This document shows, piece by piece, positions 19,670 through 29,032 of a stretch of DNA of 64,000 nt (its first letter is position 1; every line of letters starts with the position of its first letter). A program made the translations under genes and the position numbers. The DNA comes from an uncultured Haloferula sp. (GTDB taxonomy: Bacteria > Verrucomicrobiota > Verrucomicrobiia > Verrucomicrobiales > Akkermansiaceae): assembly GCA_965652295.1 (NCBI GenBank), contig CBFGTS010000005.1, forward strand, positions 192,001 through 256,000. Reading direction: 5' to 3'. Below the pieces are notes generated by a model. The model worked only from the letters and a program-made list of their open reading frames with translations, did not search any database and had not been told where the DNA came from.

Positions 19670-22600
19670 ATGAAGTTCGCCTGCCCGCACTGCACCCAGA
19701 AGTTCGAAATCGCCGACGAATGCGCCGGACATTCCATGCAGTGCCCGAAGTGCCAGAATCCGCTCACCGTCCCGGCTCCGCCGGCGGTTCCGAAACGCAA
19801 ACCGGCCCCAAGCCAAGCGGCGCGCCGCGGGAGCGGTGGATTCGGGAAACTCCTGCTGACGCTTCTCGTCCTCGCGGGTATCGGATTCGGCTATGCGATG
19901 GTGCATTTCAAGGAGTCGCCGCAGCAGGTCTGGAAACGGTTGGTCCATGCCGTGGACGGGACGACGAAACCCGAGCCAACGCCCGATCCCGAACCAACAC
20001 TCGCCGAGACCACATCCCAGCCCGCTCCCGAACCTACACCCGTAGAGCCCGCGCCCGCCAAGCCCGCTTTGGTTCCAAAAGCGAAGCCTGCGCCCACGGT
20101 CACCCACGAGCCCACCCCGACACCAGCACCTGCGGAGCCCAAGGACGAGCCGGAGGTGGTGCTTCAGGAAAAGCCCCAACCCGCACTGCGCAAGTTCACG
20201 CCTCCACAGCGGAAGCATTCCGTCAGAGCCGTGGCATTCCCCACGCCGCGATTCAGGTCTCCCGGCGTGATCCTGAACCTCAAGGATCTCGAAACCCTCA
20301 AGGCGAACATCCAGCGTGAGCCATGGAAAAGCGGCTTCGAGGCCCTCGCCAACGAAGGCCGCTCCAAGCTCAGCTACAAGATGGCCGGGCCGTTGAAGGA
20401 GGTGAAGCGCTCTCCCAATGAGAACCTCTGGCCCTGGCGCGGCGACATGATCGCGGTCTGGAACCTCTCGCGCATGTGGTATTTCACCGGCGACGACGCC
20501 TACGCGAAAAAGGCCCGCGATATCCTGCTCGCGTGGGCGAAGACGCACGAGGAGTTCGGAGGCCGCGAATCGATGCTCGATCTCGGCGACTACGTCGTCT
20601 GTTTCGTCGGCGGCGCGGACATCCTGCGTGGCACCTGGCCGGGCTGGACCAGAGCCGACACCGCCGCGGTGAAGAAATACTTCAACGACGTCCTCATGCC
20701 CGCCAGCAATCCCTATGGCGAACACCAGTTCGGCGCCGCGAACAAAGGCGCGCTCGCCCTCGCCTCCATGGGACTGATGGCGATCTTCAACGAGGACACC
20801 GCCAAGCTCAGGACCATCGTTTCCCAAGCCCGCGTCCTCCCTCACATCGGCCTACGCAGCTCCAACGACATCGGCCTGCTCGGCGATTCCCTCCGCGACC
20901 AAGGCCACGCCCACGGACACCTTATTTCGCTCGCCGTCCTCGCCGAAGCGCTCTGGAAGCAGGGCATCGACATCTATTCGGACTACGACAACCGCCTCCT
21001 CGCAGCCGGCGAGTATTTCGCGCGCGTCAACAGCCTCACCCCCACGCCGTTTCTCCCCTTCGGCACCACCGACGCCTACTACACCGCCGACCGCACCAAT
21101 CGCGGCTGGGGCGGCGGAAACGTCGCGCTCAACATCATCCACGGTGCCTACGCAGTCCGCATGGGCCTCCCGGATCCCTTCACGGCTCGGAAATGCCAGA
21201 CCCTTCCCATCGATGGAGGTAGCTTCATGTTCGTCAAAGAGGTCGATCGCTCCAAAGCGACGCCGATGCTCCCGCCGCCGATCCCCGCCACCGAGTCCAT
21301 CACCTCGGGATTCCAAGGCACCGAAATCGGCGATGCCGAGCCCACCGGCAACGCCTCCTACGCCGACGGCATCTGGACCATTCAAGGCGGCGGCAGGGAA
21401 ATCTGGAAGGAGAACGACAGCTGCCACTTCACCTACCAAACGCTCACCGGCAACTGCGCCATCGTCGCGAAAATCGAGTCGGTCGGAAACACCAGCCCGT
21501 CCGCCAAAGCCGGCGTGATGATGCGCACGAGCCTCGACGAAGGCTCCCCCCGCGCCTGGATGGCCCTCACCGGCGGCGGCAATCTTGAGCAAAACATGCC
21601 GAACCTCGCCGTCTATGGCGGCACCAACTACGGCAACAAGGTCCTCACCCAGTCCCTGTCCTCCTACTGGGTGAAACTCGAGCGTATGGGGAACATCATC
21701 GCGGGCTACGTTTCTCCCGACGGCACCAACTGGGCGGCCACCGATGTCGGCCGCATCGACGATCCGGTTCCGACGAAGATCCACGTCGGCCTCGTGGTCT
21801 GCTCGGCCGCCAACGGCAAACTGAACTCCTCCACCTTCAGCCACGTCCAGATCACCGGCGGCGACGGTGACGCGCCGGTCGTCACCCCCGCCGCGCCCGC
21901 CGCCCTCCTCGCCGCGCCGGGTGACGGCGTCGTCCCGCTCCGCTGGCAAACGTCCTTCGGAGCCACCAACTACACGGTCAAACGCGCCACATCCCGCGGT
22001 GGTCCCTACACGCCTCTTGTCGAGGGCATCCCCGACAGCAGCTTCACCGACACGACGGTCACCAACGGCACGACCTACCACTACGTCGTCACCGCGACCA
22101 ACTCCGCCGGCACCAGCGCCGATTCCCCCGAGGACACCGCCACCCCCATGGCTCCGATGTGGAAGGTTTCCCTCGGCGGAACGGCCACCGCCACCGTGGG
22201 CAATGACGGCGCGGACAACGCCTTCGACAGCAACTCCCACACCATGTGGTATGCCGGCGGCTGCCATGGGGTGGCCGCTCTTCAATACGATTTCGGCCCG
22301 GACCACACTCCCGCCATCACGGCCTATACGATCACCAGCCCCCACTTCAAACCGGAGCGCGATCCCAGAGACTGGGAGTTCCAAGGTTCGGAAGACGGCA
22401 CCCACTGGATCACGCTCGACACGCGGCGCGACCAGACCTTTCCCCTCCGTTTCTACGAGGTCGAATACTCCCTGCCCAAACCAGCGGCCTATCGCTACTT
22501 CCGTCTCAATGTCACCGCGAACAACGGAGACAACGATCTCCATATCGCGGACCTCAAACTGCTCGCCGCCGCACCGCTGCCGAACGCCCCGGTTCCGTCC

Positions 22601-22672
22601 CTGCGACATTGGAAAACCAACGATGTCACCGACCGCGACCGCGCTGTGAAGCACCTGAACTCCGTCCGATAG
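19670..22672 (+). CDS. Membrane-anchored protein: Zn-ribbon + TM helix + Pro-rich linker + alginate-lyase-like toroid + beta-sandwich + Fn3 + F5/8C domain
   Basis: N-terminal CPHC-x16-CPKC; hydrophobic LLLTLLVLAGIGFGYAMV; PEPTP repeats; catalytic region homologous to 29033 and 45234 (MWYFTG, ILRGTWPGW, RDQGH, DNRLLAAGEY). Confidence 0.82.
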   Translation: MKFACPHCTQKFEIADECAGHSMQCPKCQNPLTVPAPPAVPKRKPAPSQAARRGSGGFGKLLLTLLVLAGIGFGYAMVHFKESPQQVWKRLVHAVDGTTKPEPTPDPEPTLAETTSQPAPEPTPVEPAPAKPALVPKAKPAPTVTHEPTPTPAPAEPKDEPEVVLQEKPQPALRKFTPPQRKHSVRAVAFPTPRFRSPGVILNLKDLETLKANIQREPWKSGFEALANEGRSKLSYKMAGPLKEVKRSPNENLWPWRGDMIAVWNLSRMWYFTGDDAYAKKARDILLAWAKTHEEFGGRESMLDLGDYVVCFVGGADILRGTWPGWTRADTAAVKKYFNDVLMPASNPYGEHQFGAANKGALALASMGLMAIFNEDTAKLRTIVSQARVLPHIGLRSSNDIGLLGDSLRDQGHAHGHLISLAVLAEALWKQGIDIYSDYDNRLLAAGEYFARVNSLTPTPFLPFGTTDAYYTADRTNRGWGGGNVALNIIHGAYAVRMGLPDPFTARKCQTLPIDGGSFMFVKEVDRSKATPMLPPPIPATESITSGFQGTEIGDAEPTGNASYADGIWTIQGGGREIWKENDSCHFTYQTLTGNCAIVAKIESVGNTSPSAKAGVMMRTSLDEGSPRAWMALTGGGNLEQNMPNLAVYGGTNYGNKVLTQSLSSYWVKLERMGNIIAGYVSPDGTNWAATDVGRIDDPVPTKIHVGLVVCSAANGKLNSSTFSHVQITGGDGDAPVVTPAAPAALLAAPGDGVVPLRWQTSFGATNYTVKRATSRGGPYTPLVEGIPDSSFTDTTVTNGTTYHYVVTATNSAGTSADSPEDTATPMAPMWKVSLGGTATATVGNDGADNAFDSNSHTMWYAGGCHGVAALQYDFGPDHTPAITAYTITSPHFKPERDPRDWEFQGSEDGTHWITLDTRRDQTFPLRFYEVEYSLPKPAAYRYFRLNVTANNGDNDLHIADLKLLAAAPLPNAPVPSLRHWKTNDVTDRDRAVKHLNSVR

Positions 22673-22713
22673 AAACCCGCCGCTCTCTTTTCCTCCACTC
22701 CCTCGCCAGACTC

Positions 22714-24543
22714 ATGAAGCCACGACATCTGACACCCGTTCTTACCACCATCCTGCTTGGTAGTTCCGTCGCCTACGCAGAGACGGTCTCCCTCGATTCT
22801 CCCGATCGCCATCTGAAGCTGACGCTCGACATCGCCGACGACGGAGCCGTGACGCACGCGCTGACATTCGATGACCAACCGTTGATCCTGCCCTCGCCGG
22901 TCGGCTTCGAAGGCGGAAAGTTCTCCGGCGTGAAGCAGCGCGCGGAGAACTCTGTGTGGAAAACCGTCTGGGGCAAGCGCTCGGTGGTGCCCGACCGCTA
23001 CCGCGAGGCCACCATCGACCTCGGCAGCTACCAACTCCAGGCCCGCGCCTACGACGAAGGCGTCGCCTTTCGCTACGTCTTCCCCGACGCAAAACCGACC
23101 ACTGCCGAAACCACCGCCTTCAACTTCGCGGGCGACTACACCGCTTGGTATTACAACGGCGAAAACCACAACCTCGGCCCGGAAAAACTCAGTGCCGCCG
23201 GTGGCCAGCGCAAACCCGTCGCGACTTTCAAGACCGACAATGACCTCTACCTCGCCCTGCACGAGGCCGATCTCAGCGAGGGAGAGCCCTTGATCCTCGA
23301 AAGCAAATCCGGCGAAACTTCTCTCCGCGTCGCATCCAAGCCCAGCACCGCGTGGCGCGTCGTCATGTTCGGCCGCACGCCCGGCACGCTGGTCGATTCC
23401 CACCTCATCGAACTCCTCAATCCTCCGCCGCCCGCGGGCATGGATTTCTCCTGGGTCAAACCCGGCGTGGCTCTCTGGGACTGGCGCATCAACGGCGCAC
23501 AGGTGGACGGCTTCAAATACGAAATGTCCCTTCCGTCCTGGAAGCGCATGGTCGATTTCGCCGCGGAGAACCGCATCCCGCACCTCGTGCTCGATGCCAA
23601 CTGGTATGGTCCGGAATTCGGCCATGACTCCGACCCCGTCAAAGGTGGCAAGGTCGATCAGGTGAAAGAGATCATCGCCTACGGCAAAAAGAAGAACGTC
23701 GGCATCTGGCTCTACCTCAACGACATCGGCGGGCGTCAGTTCCCTCTTGAGGACACGTTGAAACAATACGGTGAGTGGGGTGCGGCCGGAGTGAAATACG
23801 GCTTCATGCGCGGCAACCCCGCGGAGAAGAACCAACGCACGCAGCTCATCACCGAGCTGTGCGCCAAGAACAAATTGCTCTGCAACTACCACGACGACCC
23901 CGTCCATCCTTATGGCCAAATGCGCACCTGGCCCAACGCCGTAACCCGCGAGTTCTGCCAGGCGCAGCTCGACGGCCATAAGATTTTCCAGCCCAAGACC
24001 TTCGTCACCAGCGTGTTCGTCAACATGCTCGCAGGCCCACTCGACATGAACAACGGCCTCGCCGACCTGACCCAGAAAGGCCGCGTCGATCACGGCGTGC
24101 CCGTGCCCTCCACACTCACCGCGGAGGCCGCTCGCACACTCATCGTGTTCTCCGGCGCGATCATCATCCCGGACATTCCGGAATACTATGAGAAGCATCC
24201 CGAGTTGCTCCGTTTCATCGCCGCCCAGCAGATGCCCTGGCGCGAGAGCAAGACGCTCGCCGGCGAAATCGGCGAATACATCGTCATGGCCCGCCAGGCC
24301 AAAGACGGCGCTTGGCTGGTCGGCGCCGCCACCAACGAATCGCCCCGCGAACTCGACGTGCCCCTGTCCTTCCTCCCCGCCGGGAAATACGAGGCGCTCG
24401 TGATCCAGGACGGCCCGAAATCTGATTACCGGACCCACGCCGAAGACTATCAGGCGGAGACGCGCGAAGTCTCTTCCACCGACACGCTGCACGTCAAATT
24501 GGCCCCCGGTGGCGGCGCCTGCGTTTTGATCAAAAGGCGCTAA
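22714..24543 (+). CDS. GH97 family protein with atypical catalytic motifs
   Basis: RAYDEGVAFRY, WVKPG, AGPLDM and GEIGEYIVMAR motifs; has KYGF where its paralog has KIDF. Start moved to ATG 22714 (signal peptide). Confidence 0.87.
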   Translation: MKPRHLTPVLTTILLGSSVAYAETVSLDSPDRHLKLTLDIADDGAVTHALTFDDQPLILPSPVGFEGGKFSGVKQRAENSVWKTVWGKRSVVPDRYREATIDLGSYQLQARAYDEGVAFRYVFPDAKPTTAETTAFNFAGDYTAWYYNGENHNLGPEKLSAAGGQRKPVATFKTDNDLYLALHEADLSEGEPLILESKSGETSLRVASKPSTAWRVVMFGRTPGTLVDSHLIELLNPPPPAGMDFSWVKPGVALWDWRINGAQVDGFKYEMSLPSWKRMVDFAAENRIPHLVLDANWYGPEFGHDSDPVKGGKVDQVKEIIAYGKKKNVGIWLYLNDIGGRQFPLEDTLKQYGEWGAAGVKYGFMRGNPAEKNQRTQLITELCAKNKLLCNYHDDPVHPYGQMRTWPNAVTREFCQAQLDGHKIFQPKTFVTSVFVNMLAGPLDMNNGLADLTQKGRVDHGVPVPSTLTAEAARTLIVFSGAIIIPDIPEYYEKHPELLRFIAAQQMPWRESKTLAGEIGEYIVMARQAKDGAWLVGAATNESPRELDVPLSFLPAGKYEALVIQDGPKSDYRTHAEDYQAETREVSSTDTLHVKLAPGGGACVLIKRR

Positions 24544-24574
24544 GCCGGAAAAACATCCAATAACACTTCGACCC

Positions 24575-25570
24575 ATGAAATTCATCACCTCCATCGTCGC
24601 GGCCGCGTGTGCATCGCTCACCATCCTAACAGCCGCGCCATCGAACCTCGGCGGTTACCTGTTCGTCACTTTCCACGGTCAGGAAACTCCGATGGACGAG
24701 CAGATCTACTTCGCCCTCAGCAAGGACGGCCGCAACTGGACCGCCCTCAACGACACCAAGCCCGTCCTCGTCAGCGAACTCGGGGAAAAAGGCGTGCGCG
24801 ATCCCTACCTCCTGCGTTCGCATGACAAGAAGAAGTTCTACCTCGTCGCCACCGACCTCTCCTGGGCGCTCGACCGCAGCGTGAGCCGCGCCATCCGTGC
24901 CGGCAGCCGTTCCCTCGTGATCTGGGAATCGCCCGACCTCACCCGCTGGTCCGAGCCGCGCCTAGTCAAGGTCGCTCCCGACGACGCCGGCTGCGCATGG
25001 GCGCCCGAAGCTGTTTACGACGTGGAGAAAGGTGACTACATGGTCTTCTGGGCCTCCACGACCGGGCGCGACAACTTCGCCAAACACCGCATCTGGGCCG
25101 CCCGCACCAAGGACTTCAAGACCTTCGGCGAACCCTACATCTACATCGAGAAACCCAACACCATCATCGACACGACCATCGTCCACGACGGCAAAAGCTA
25201 CTACCGCTTCACCAAGGACGAGCAGGTCAAGGCCGTCACTCTCGAAACCAGCCCGGGGCTGACAGGTCCATGGACGAACGTGCCCGATTTCTCCCTCGGT
25301 CACCTCCGCGGCTACGAAGGCCCCGCGTGCTACATCGTGGAACCCGCCTCCGCCGGTAAACCAGCCACCTGGTGCCTCATCCTCGACCATTATGCCGCCA
25401 GGGGAGCAGGCTACGAGCCGTTCGTGACCCACGACCTCGCCAGCGGCCAGTTCACCCCCGGCGAGAACTTCACCTTTCCGTTCAAGTTCCGCCACGGCTC
25501 GGTCATCCCCGTGACGAAGGCCGAATACCAACGCTTGCAAGCCGCCTATCCCAGCACCTCCAGGAAGTAA
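24575..25570 (+). CDS. GH43-like glycosidase; paralog of 7568-8956 lacking the AbfB domain
   Basis: Same GYLFVTF, RDPY, WAPEA, IDTTI, EGP and RHGSV motifs; long identical DNA tracts with the paralog. Confidence 0.87.
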   Translation: MKFITSIVAAACASLTILTAAPSNLGGYLFVTFHGQETPMDEQIYFALSKDGRNWTALNDTKPVLVSELGEKGVRDPYLLRSHDKKKFYLVATDLSWALDRSVSRAIRAGSRSLVIWESPDLTRWSEPRLVKVAPDDAGCAWAPEAVYDVEKGDYMVFWASTTGRDNFAKHRIWAARTKDFKTFGEPYIYIEKPNTIIDTTIVHDGKSYYRFTKDEQVKAVTLETSPGLTGPWTNVPDFSLGHLRGYEGPACYIVEPASAGKPATWCLILDHYAARGAGYEPFVTHDLASGQFTPGENFTFPFKFRHGSVIPVTKAEYQRLQAAYPSTSRK

Positions 25571-25582
25571 TCCTGCCGTTTC

Positions 25583-26971
25583 ATGAAAACCAAACTCTCC
25601 CTTCTCGCAACTCTGTCGCTCACCGCACTACCGGCCGTCGCCGACCCGATGCCCGGCCGTGCCCCGCATTCGGCGAACCCCATCCTTCCCGGCTACTACG
25701 CCGATCCATCGGTCGTCCAGGATGATGGAAAAACCTACATTTACGCCACGCTCGACCCTTGGGGCGGCAAGACGCTCGGCTGCTGGGAGTCGTCGGATTT
25801 CAAAAACTGGACCTACCGCGTGCTGAATTGGCCCACGAAAGAAGCCTGCACCAGCCCCAAATCGGGATCGGCATGGGTCTGGGCGCCATCCGTGATCAAG
25901 GGCAAAGACGGCAGGTTCCACATGGCCATCTCCGTCGGCAACGAAGTCTGGGTCGGCGTGGCGGATCATCCGCTCGGTCCCTGGCGCAATGCCCTCGACG
26001 AACAGAAGCCGCTCATTCCTTTCGATTTCAAACCCGGCTTCCACATGATCGACGCCGAGTATTTCATCGATGACGATGGCCAGGCCTACCTCTACTGGGG
26101 CTCCGGCCACGGTTGGAAAAACGGCAAGTGCTGGCTGGTGAAACTCAAGCCGGACATGACCACCTTCGACGGCGAGGTTCTCGACGTGACGCCGCCCCAT
26201 TACTTCGAGGCTCCCGTCATGGTGAAACGCCATGGCAAATACTTCCTCATGTATTCGGACGGCAAGACGGTCGAGGACACCTATCAGGTCCATTACGCCG
26301 TGGCCGATTCGCCGTCGGGCCCCTTCGTGGAGCCCGACAACAGTCCGATCCTCGTGACCGACAAGGACGCCAACGTCATCAGCCCCGGCCACCACACCAT
26401 CGTTCAGCGCGACGGGCAGGACTACATCCTCTATCACCGCCACAGCATCCCGTTTGACAGAAAGTTCATCGGCCGCCAGATCTGCGCCGATCCGATCACC
26501 TTCACCGCCGACGGCCGCATCGAGAAAATCGAACCCACCCACCAAGGACCGGAGTTCGTTCAAGGCCGCGCCGAATCGAATGCCCCGCTCGTCGCCAACG
26601 CGACCATCACCTCATCCAGCGATGCCAACGAATTCACCAAAGCCGCCTTCGCGCTCGATGACAACTACGCCACCCGCTGGGCTCCCGCGGGCGATGCCAA
26701 AGGCGCATGGCTTCAACTCGATCTCGGTTCGGCTCAGGAAATCAAGCGCCAGCTCATCCGCCCCGAATACGCATGGAAATCCTACCGGTTCTCCATCGAG
26801 TCCTCGTCGGACGGAGAGACCTGGAGCACGATCGAAGACCACACCAAAGAGGCGGTCACCGGCTCGCCCATCATTTCCGAGAAACCCGTCTCAGCCCGCT
26901 ATCTGCGCCTCGTTTTCCCCCAGGACGTGAAAGGTTCCGACATCGGCATCTTCGAGTGGGCCGTTTTTTGA
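25583..26971 (+). CDS. GH43 glycosidase with C-terminal F5/8 type C domain
   Basis: NPILPGYYADPS, WAPSV, IDAEYF, YFEAP and PGHH motifs; C-terminal WLQLDLG...ARYLRL. Confidence 0.88.
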   Translation: MKTKLSLLATLSLTALPAVADPMPGRAPHSANPILPGYYADPSVVQDDGKTYIYATLDPWGGKTLGCWESSDFKNWTYRVLNWPTKEACTSPKSGSAWVWAPSVIKGKDGRFHMAISVGNEVWVGVADHPLGPWRNALDEQKPLIPFDFKPGFHMIDAEYFIDDDGQAYLYWGSGHGWKNGKCWLVKLKPDMTTFDGEVLDVTPPHYFEAPVMVKRHGKYFLMYSDGKTVEDTYQVHYAVADSPSGPFVEPDNSPILVTDKDANVISPGHHTIVQRDGQDYILYHRHSIPFDRKFIGRQICADPITFTADGRIEKIEPTHQGPEFVQGRAESNAPLVANATITSSSDANEFTKAAFALDDNYATRWAPAGDAKGAWLQLDLGSAQEIKRQLIRPEYAWKSYRFSIESSSDGETWSTIEDHTKEAVTGSPIISEKPVSARYLRLVFPQDVKGSDIGIFEWAVF

Positions 26972-27011
26972 ACCACTCCCCATCCTCTCAAGCCAAGCGT
27001 CTCCCACTACC

Positions 27012-28658
27012 ATGACTCCGATCTCTCGTGCCGCGATCGCCGCGTTGCCGCTCTTCGTCTCCGTCGCCCAGGCCCAGCACGGCCAATCCACCTACGTCGT
27101 GCCCGAGGGCATGGTGAAGGGCGGACAGTTCATTGACCGTTTCCTGCCGATGAAGCCCAACGGCCCGCTGCGCTCCGACGTCTGGGGCGCGGACGCCGTG
27201 AAACCGCGCGACGTTGCCAACGGCGTCGAGGATGCGGAGTTCTCATACTGGTGCACCTCGGTGGTGAAAGACGAAGACGGCAAATACCACAACTTCGTCG
27301 TGCGCTGGCCGGAGAACACACCGAAAGGGCACTTCGAATGGCCGAACTCGGATCTCGTTCACGCGGTCGGCGACAGCCCCACCGGCCCCTTCGAGATCGT
27401 TCAAGAAATCGGTAAGGGCCACAACGTCACTGCCTATCAGGCCAAAGACGGCACATGGATCCTTTACATCATCGGCGGCTGCTACCGTGGCAAGTCGCTG
27501 GACGGACCGTGGGAACGCGGCAAACTGGAATTCGACACCCGTGGACGCACCGGAGTGGACATGACCAACTGCACCTTCGCGCAACGCAGCGACGGCAGTT
27601 ACCTGATGGTCAACCGCACCGGCGAGGTGTGGATCAGCAAGGACGGCAACAAAGACCCCTATCGCCGCGTCTCCAACCGCTCCGCCTATCCTCCGGTGCG
27701 CGGAGCCCGTTTCGAGGACCCGGTCGTCTGGAAGGACGACGTGCAATACAATCTCATCGTCAACGACTGGTTCGGCCGCGCCGCCTACTACCTGCGCTCC
27801 CGCGACGGCAAACACTGGGACTGGGACCAAGGTCTCGCCTACGGCCCCGGGATTTTCCGGCACGAGGACGGCAGGATCGAGGACTGGCACAAGATCGAAC
27901 GCCCGCGCGTGATCCAGGACGAACGCGGTCGCGCTACCCACATGCTCTTCGCCGTCATCGATTCGTCGAAGCATGACGACAAGCCCACCGACAACCACAG
28001 CTCCAAAGCGATCGGCGTCGAAATCACGCCACCCCGCACCGTGTTGGTCAAAAAGTCCGGCGACAAGTTCCTCGTCGCGCTCGAAGCGGAGGAAGGCTTC
28101 AACCCCGCCAAAGATGTCGATCCCGCCACTCTGCGCTTCGGCGCGCCCTCGAAAGTCGATTTCGGAAAAACCAGTGCACCGCTTTCGACGCGGATCCTCG
28201 GCTCGCGTCTCATCGCCGAGTTCGCCGCCGCCGATTGCGGGTTCGAACCCTCCGATCAAACGGCGAAACTGCTCGCCTCCGACCGTAGAGGCGGCCTCGT
28301 CTTCGGCTACGCGCCGCTGCCGGACGAACCGTCGGAATACCCGCTCCTGAGCGCCGACGGCCGCATCGATGTGAGTCCCGTTCAGGCGGGCTCCCGCACG
28401 CTCACCGTGAAGGTGGAGAACTTCGGCCTGGCGAAATCCCCCGCCACCGACGTCCGGCTGGCGATTCACACCGAGGGCAAGGAGCCGGAAACGTTTACCA
28501 TGTCGCTTCCGCCCCTGGATCCCTACGAAGCCGGAACGTTGAAATTCCGAGTGCCCGCCAACCTGATGCCAAGCGGTTCGACTCCGCACGTGGGAATCGC
28601 TGTTGGTGTCGAAGCCGCGGACCGAACGCTGAAGGTAGAGCTGCCGAAGCTGCCCTGA
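27012..28658 (+). CDS. Five-bladed beta-propeller glycosidase-like protein (GH43/62/32/68/117/130-like) with Ig-like C-terminal domain
   Basis: Signal peptide; GHNV, FEDPVVW and KIERP motifs; C-terminal VKVENFG...LPPL resembles a CARDB-like domain. Confidence 0.7.
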   Translation: MTPISRAAIAALPLFVSVAQAQHGQSTYVVPEGMVKGGQFIDRFLPMKPNGPLRSDVWGADAVKPRDVANGVEDAEFSYWCTSVVKDEDGKYHNFVVRWPENTPKGHFEWPNSDLVHAVGDSPTGPFEIVQEIGKGHNVTAYQAKDGTWILYIIGGCYRGKSLDGPWERGKLEFDTRGRTGVDMTNCTFAQRSDGSYLMVNRTGEVWISKDGNKDPYRRVSNRSAYPPVRGARFEDPVVWKDDVQYNLIVNDWFGRAAYYLRSRDGKHWDWDQGLAYGPGIFRHEDGRIEDWHKIERPRVIQDERGRATHMLFAVIDSSKHDDKPTDNHSSKAIGVEITPPRTVLVKKSGDKFLVALEAEEGFNPAKDVDPATLRFGAPSKVDFGKTSAPLSTRILGSRLIAEFAAADCGFEPSDQTAKLLASDRRGGLVFGYAPLPDEPSEYPLLSADGRIDVSPVQAGSRTLTVKVENFGLAKSPATDVRLAIHTEGKEPETFTMSLPPLDPYEAGTLKFRVPANLMPSGSTPHVGIAVGVEAADRTLKVELPKLP

Positions 28659-28692
28659 TCCGGGGTACCGTCCGTGACTCCAGCCCTCTCAT

Positions 28693-28722
28693 CGCCGCCA
28701 ATCCCGATTGGCGGCGTTTTTG
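28693..28722 (+). terminator. Intrinsic terminator ending the glycosidase run
   Basis: Perfect stem cgccgccaat/attggcggcg with loop cccg, followed by tttttg. Confidence 0.8.
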
Positions 28723-28772
28723 TTGCCGTCCTGGTATACAATACCCATCACCAGCGGCTTCCTTCTGATCAA

Positions 28773-28788
28773 ACTTAACCGGACAAGT
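28773..28788. promoter_or_regulatory. Candidate operator, copy 2 (acttaaccggacaagt)
   Basis: ACTT-N8-AAGT pseudo-palindrome upstream of 29033. Confidence 0.65.
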
Positions 28789-29032
28789 GACTTGAGTCTT
28801 GGATCTTCGGCTTTCCGGTTTCAATTGACATTCTCATCCAACGTTTTTTCCAGGTCATCCGATCACCTTGCCAAGACGCCGGCTTGCCCGGTCCACCCGA
28901 GGAGCGGACGCCCCACAACCCAAGCAATCATGGCCTACCAGGCCCACTTTGCCGTCACCCGCTTCGCGGCGAACTGGCTTCGTTCACCGGTGAGAGCCGG
29001 CCTTCAAACCCACGCTTGAAAACCCATCTTCG

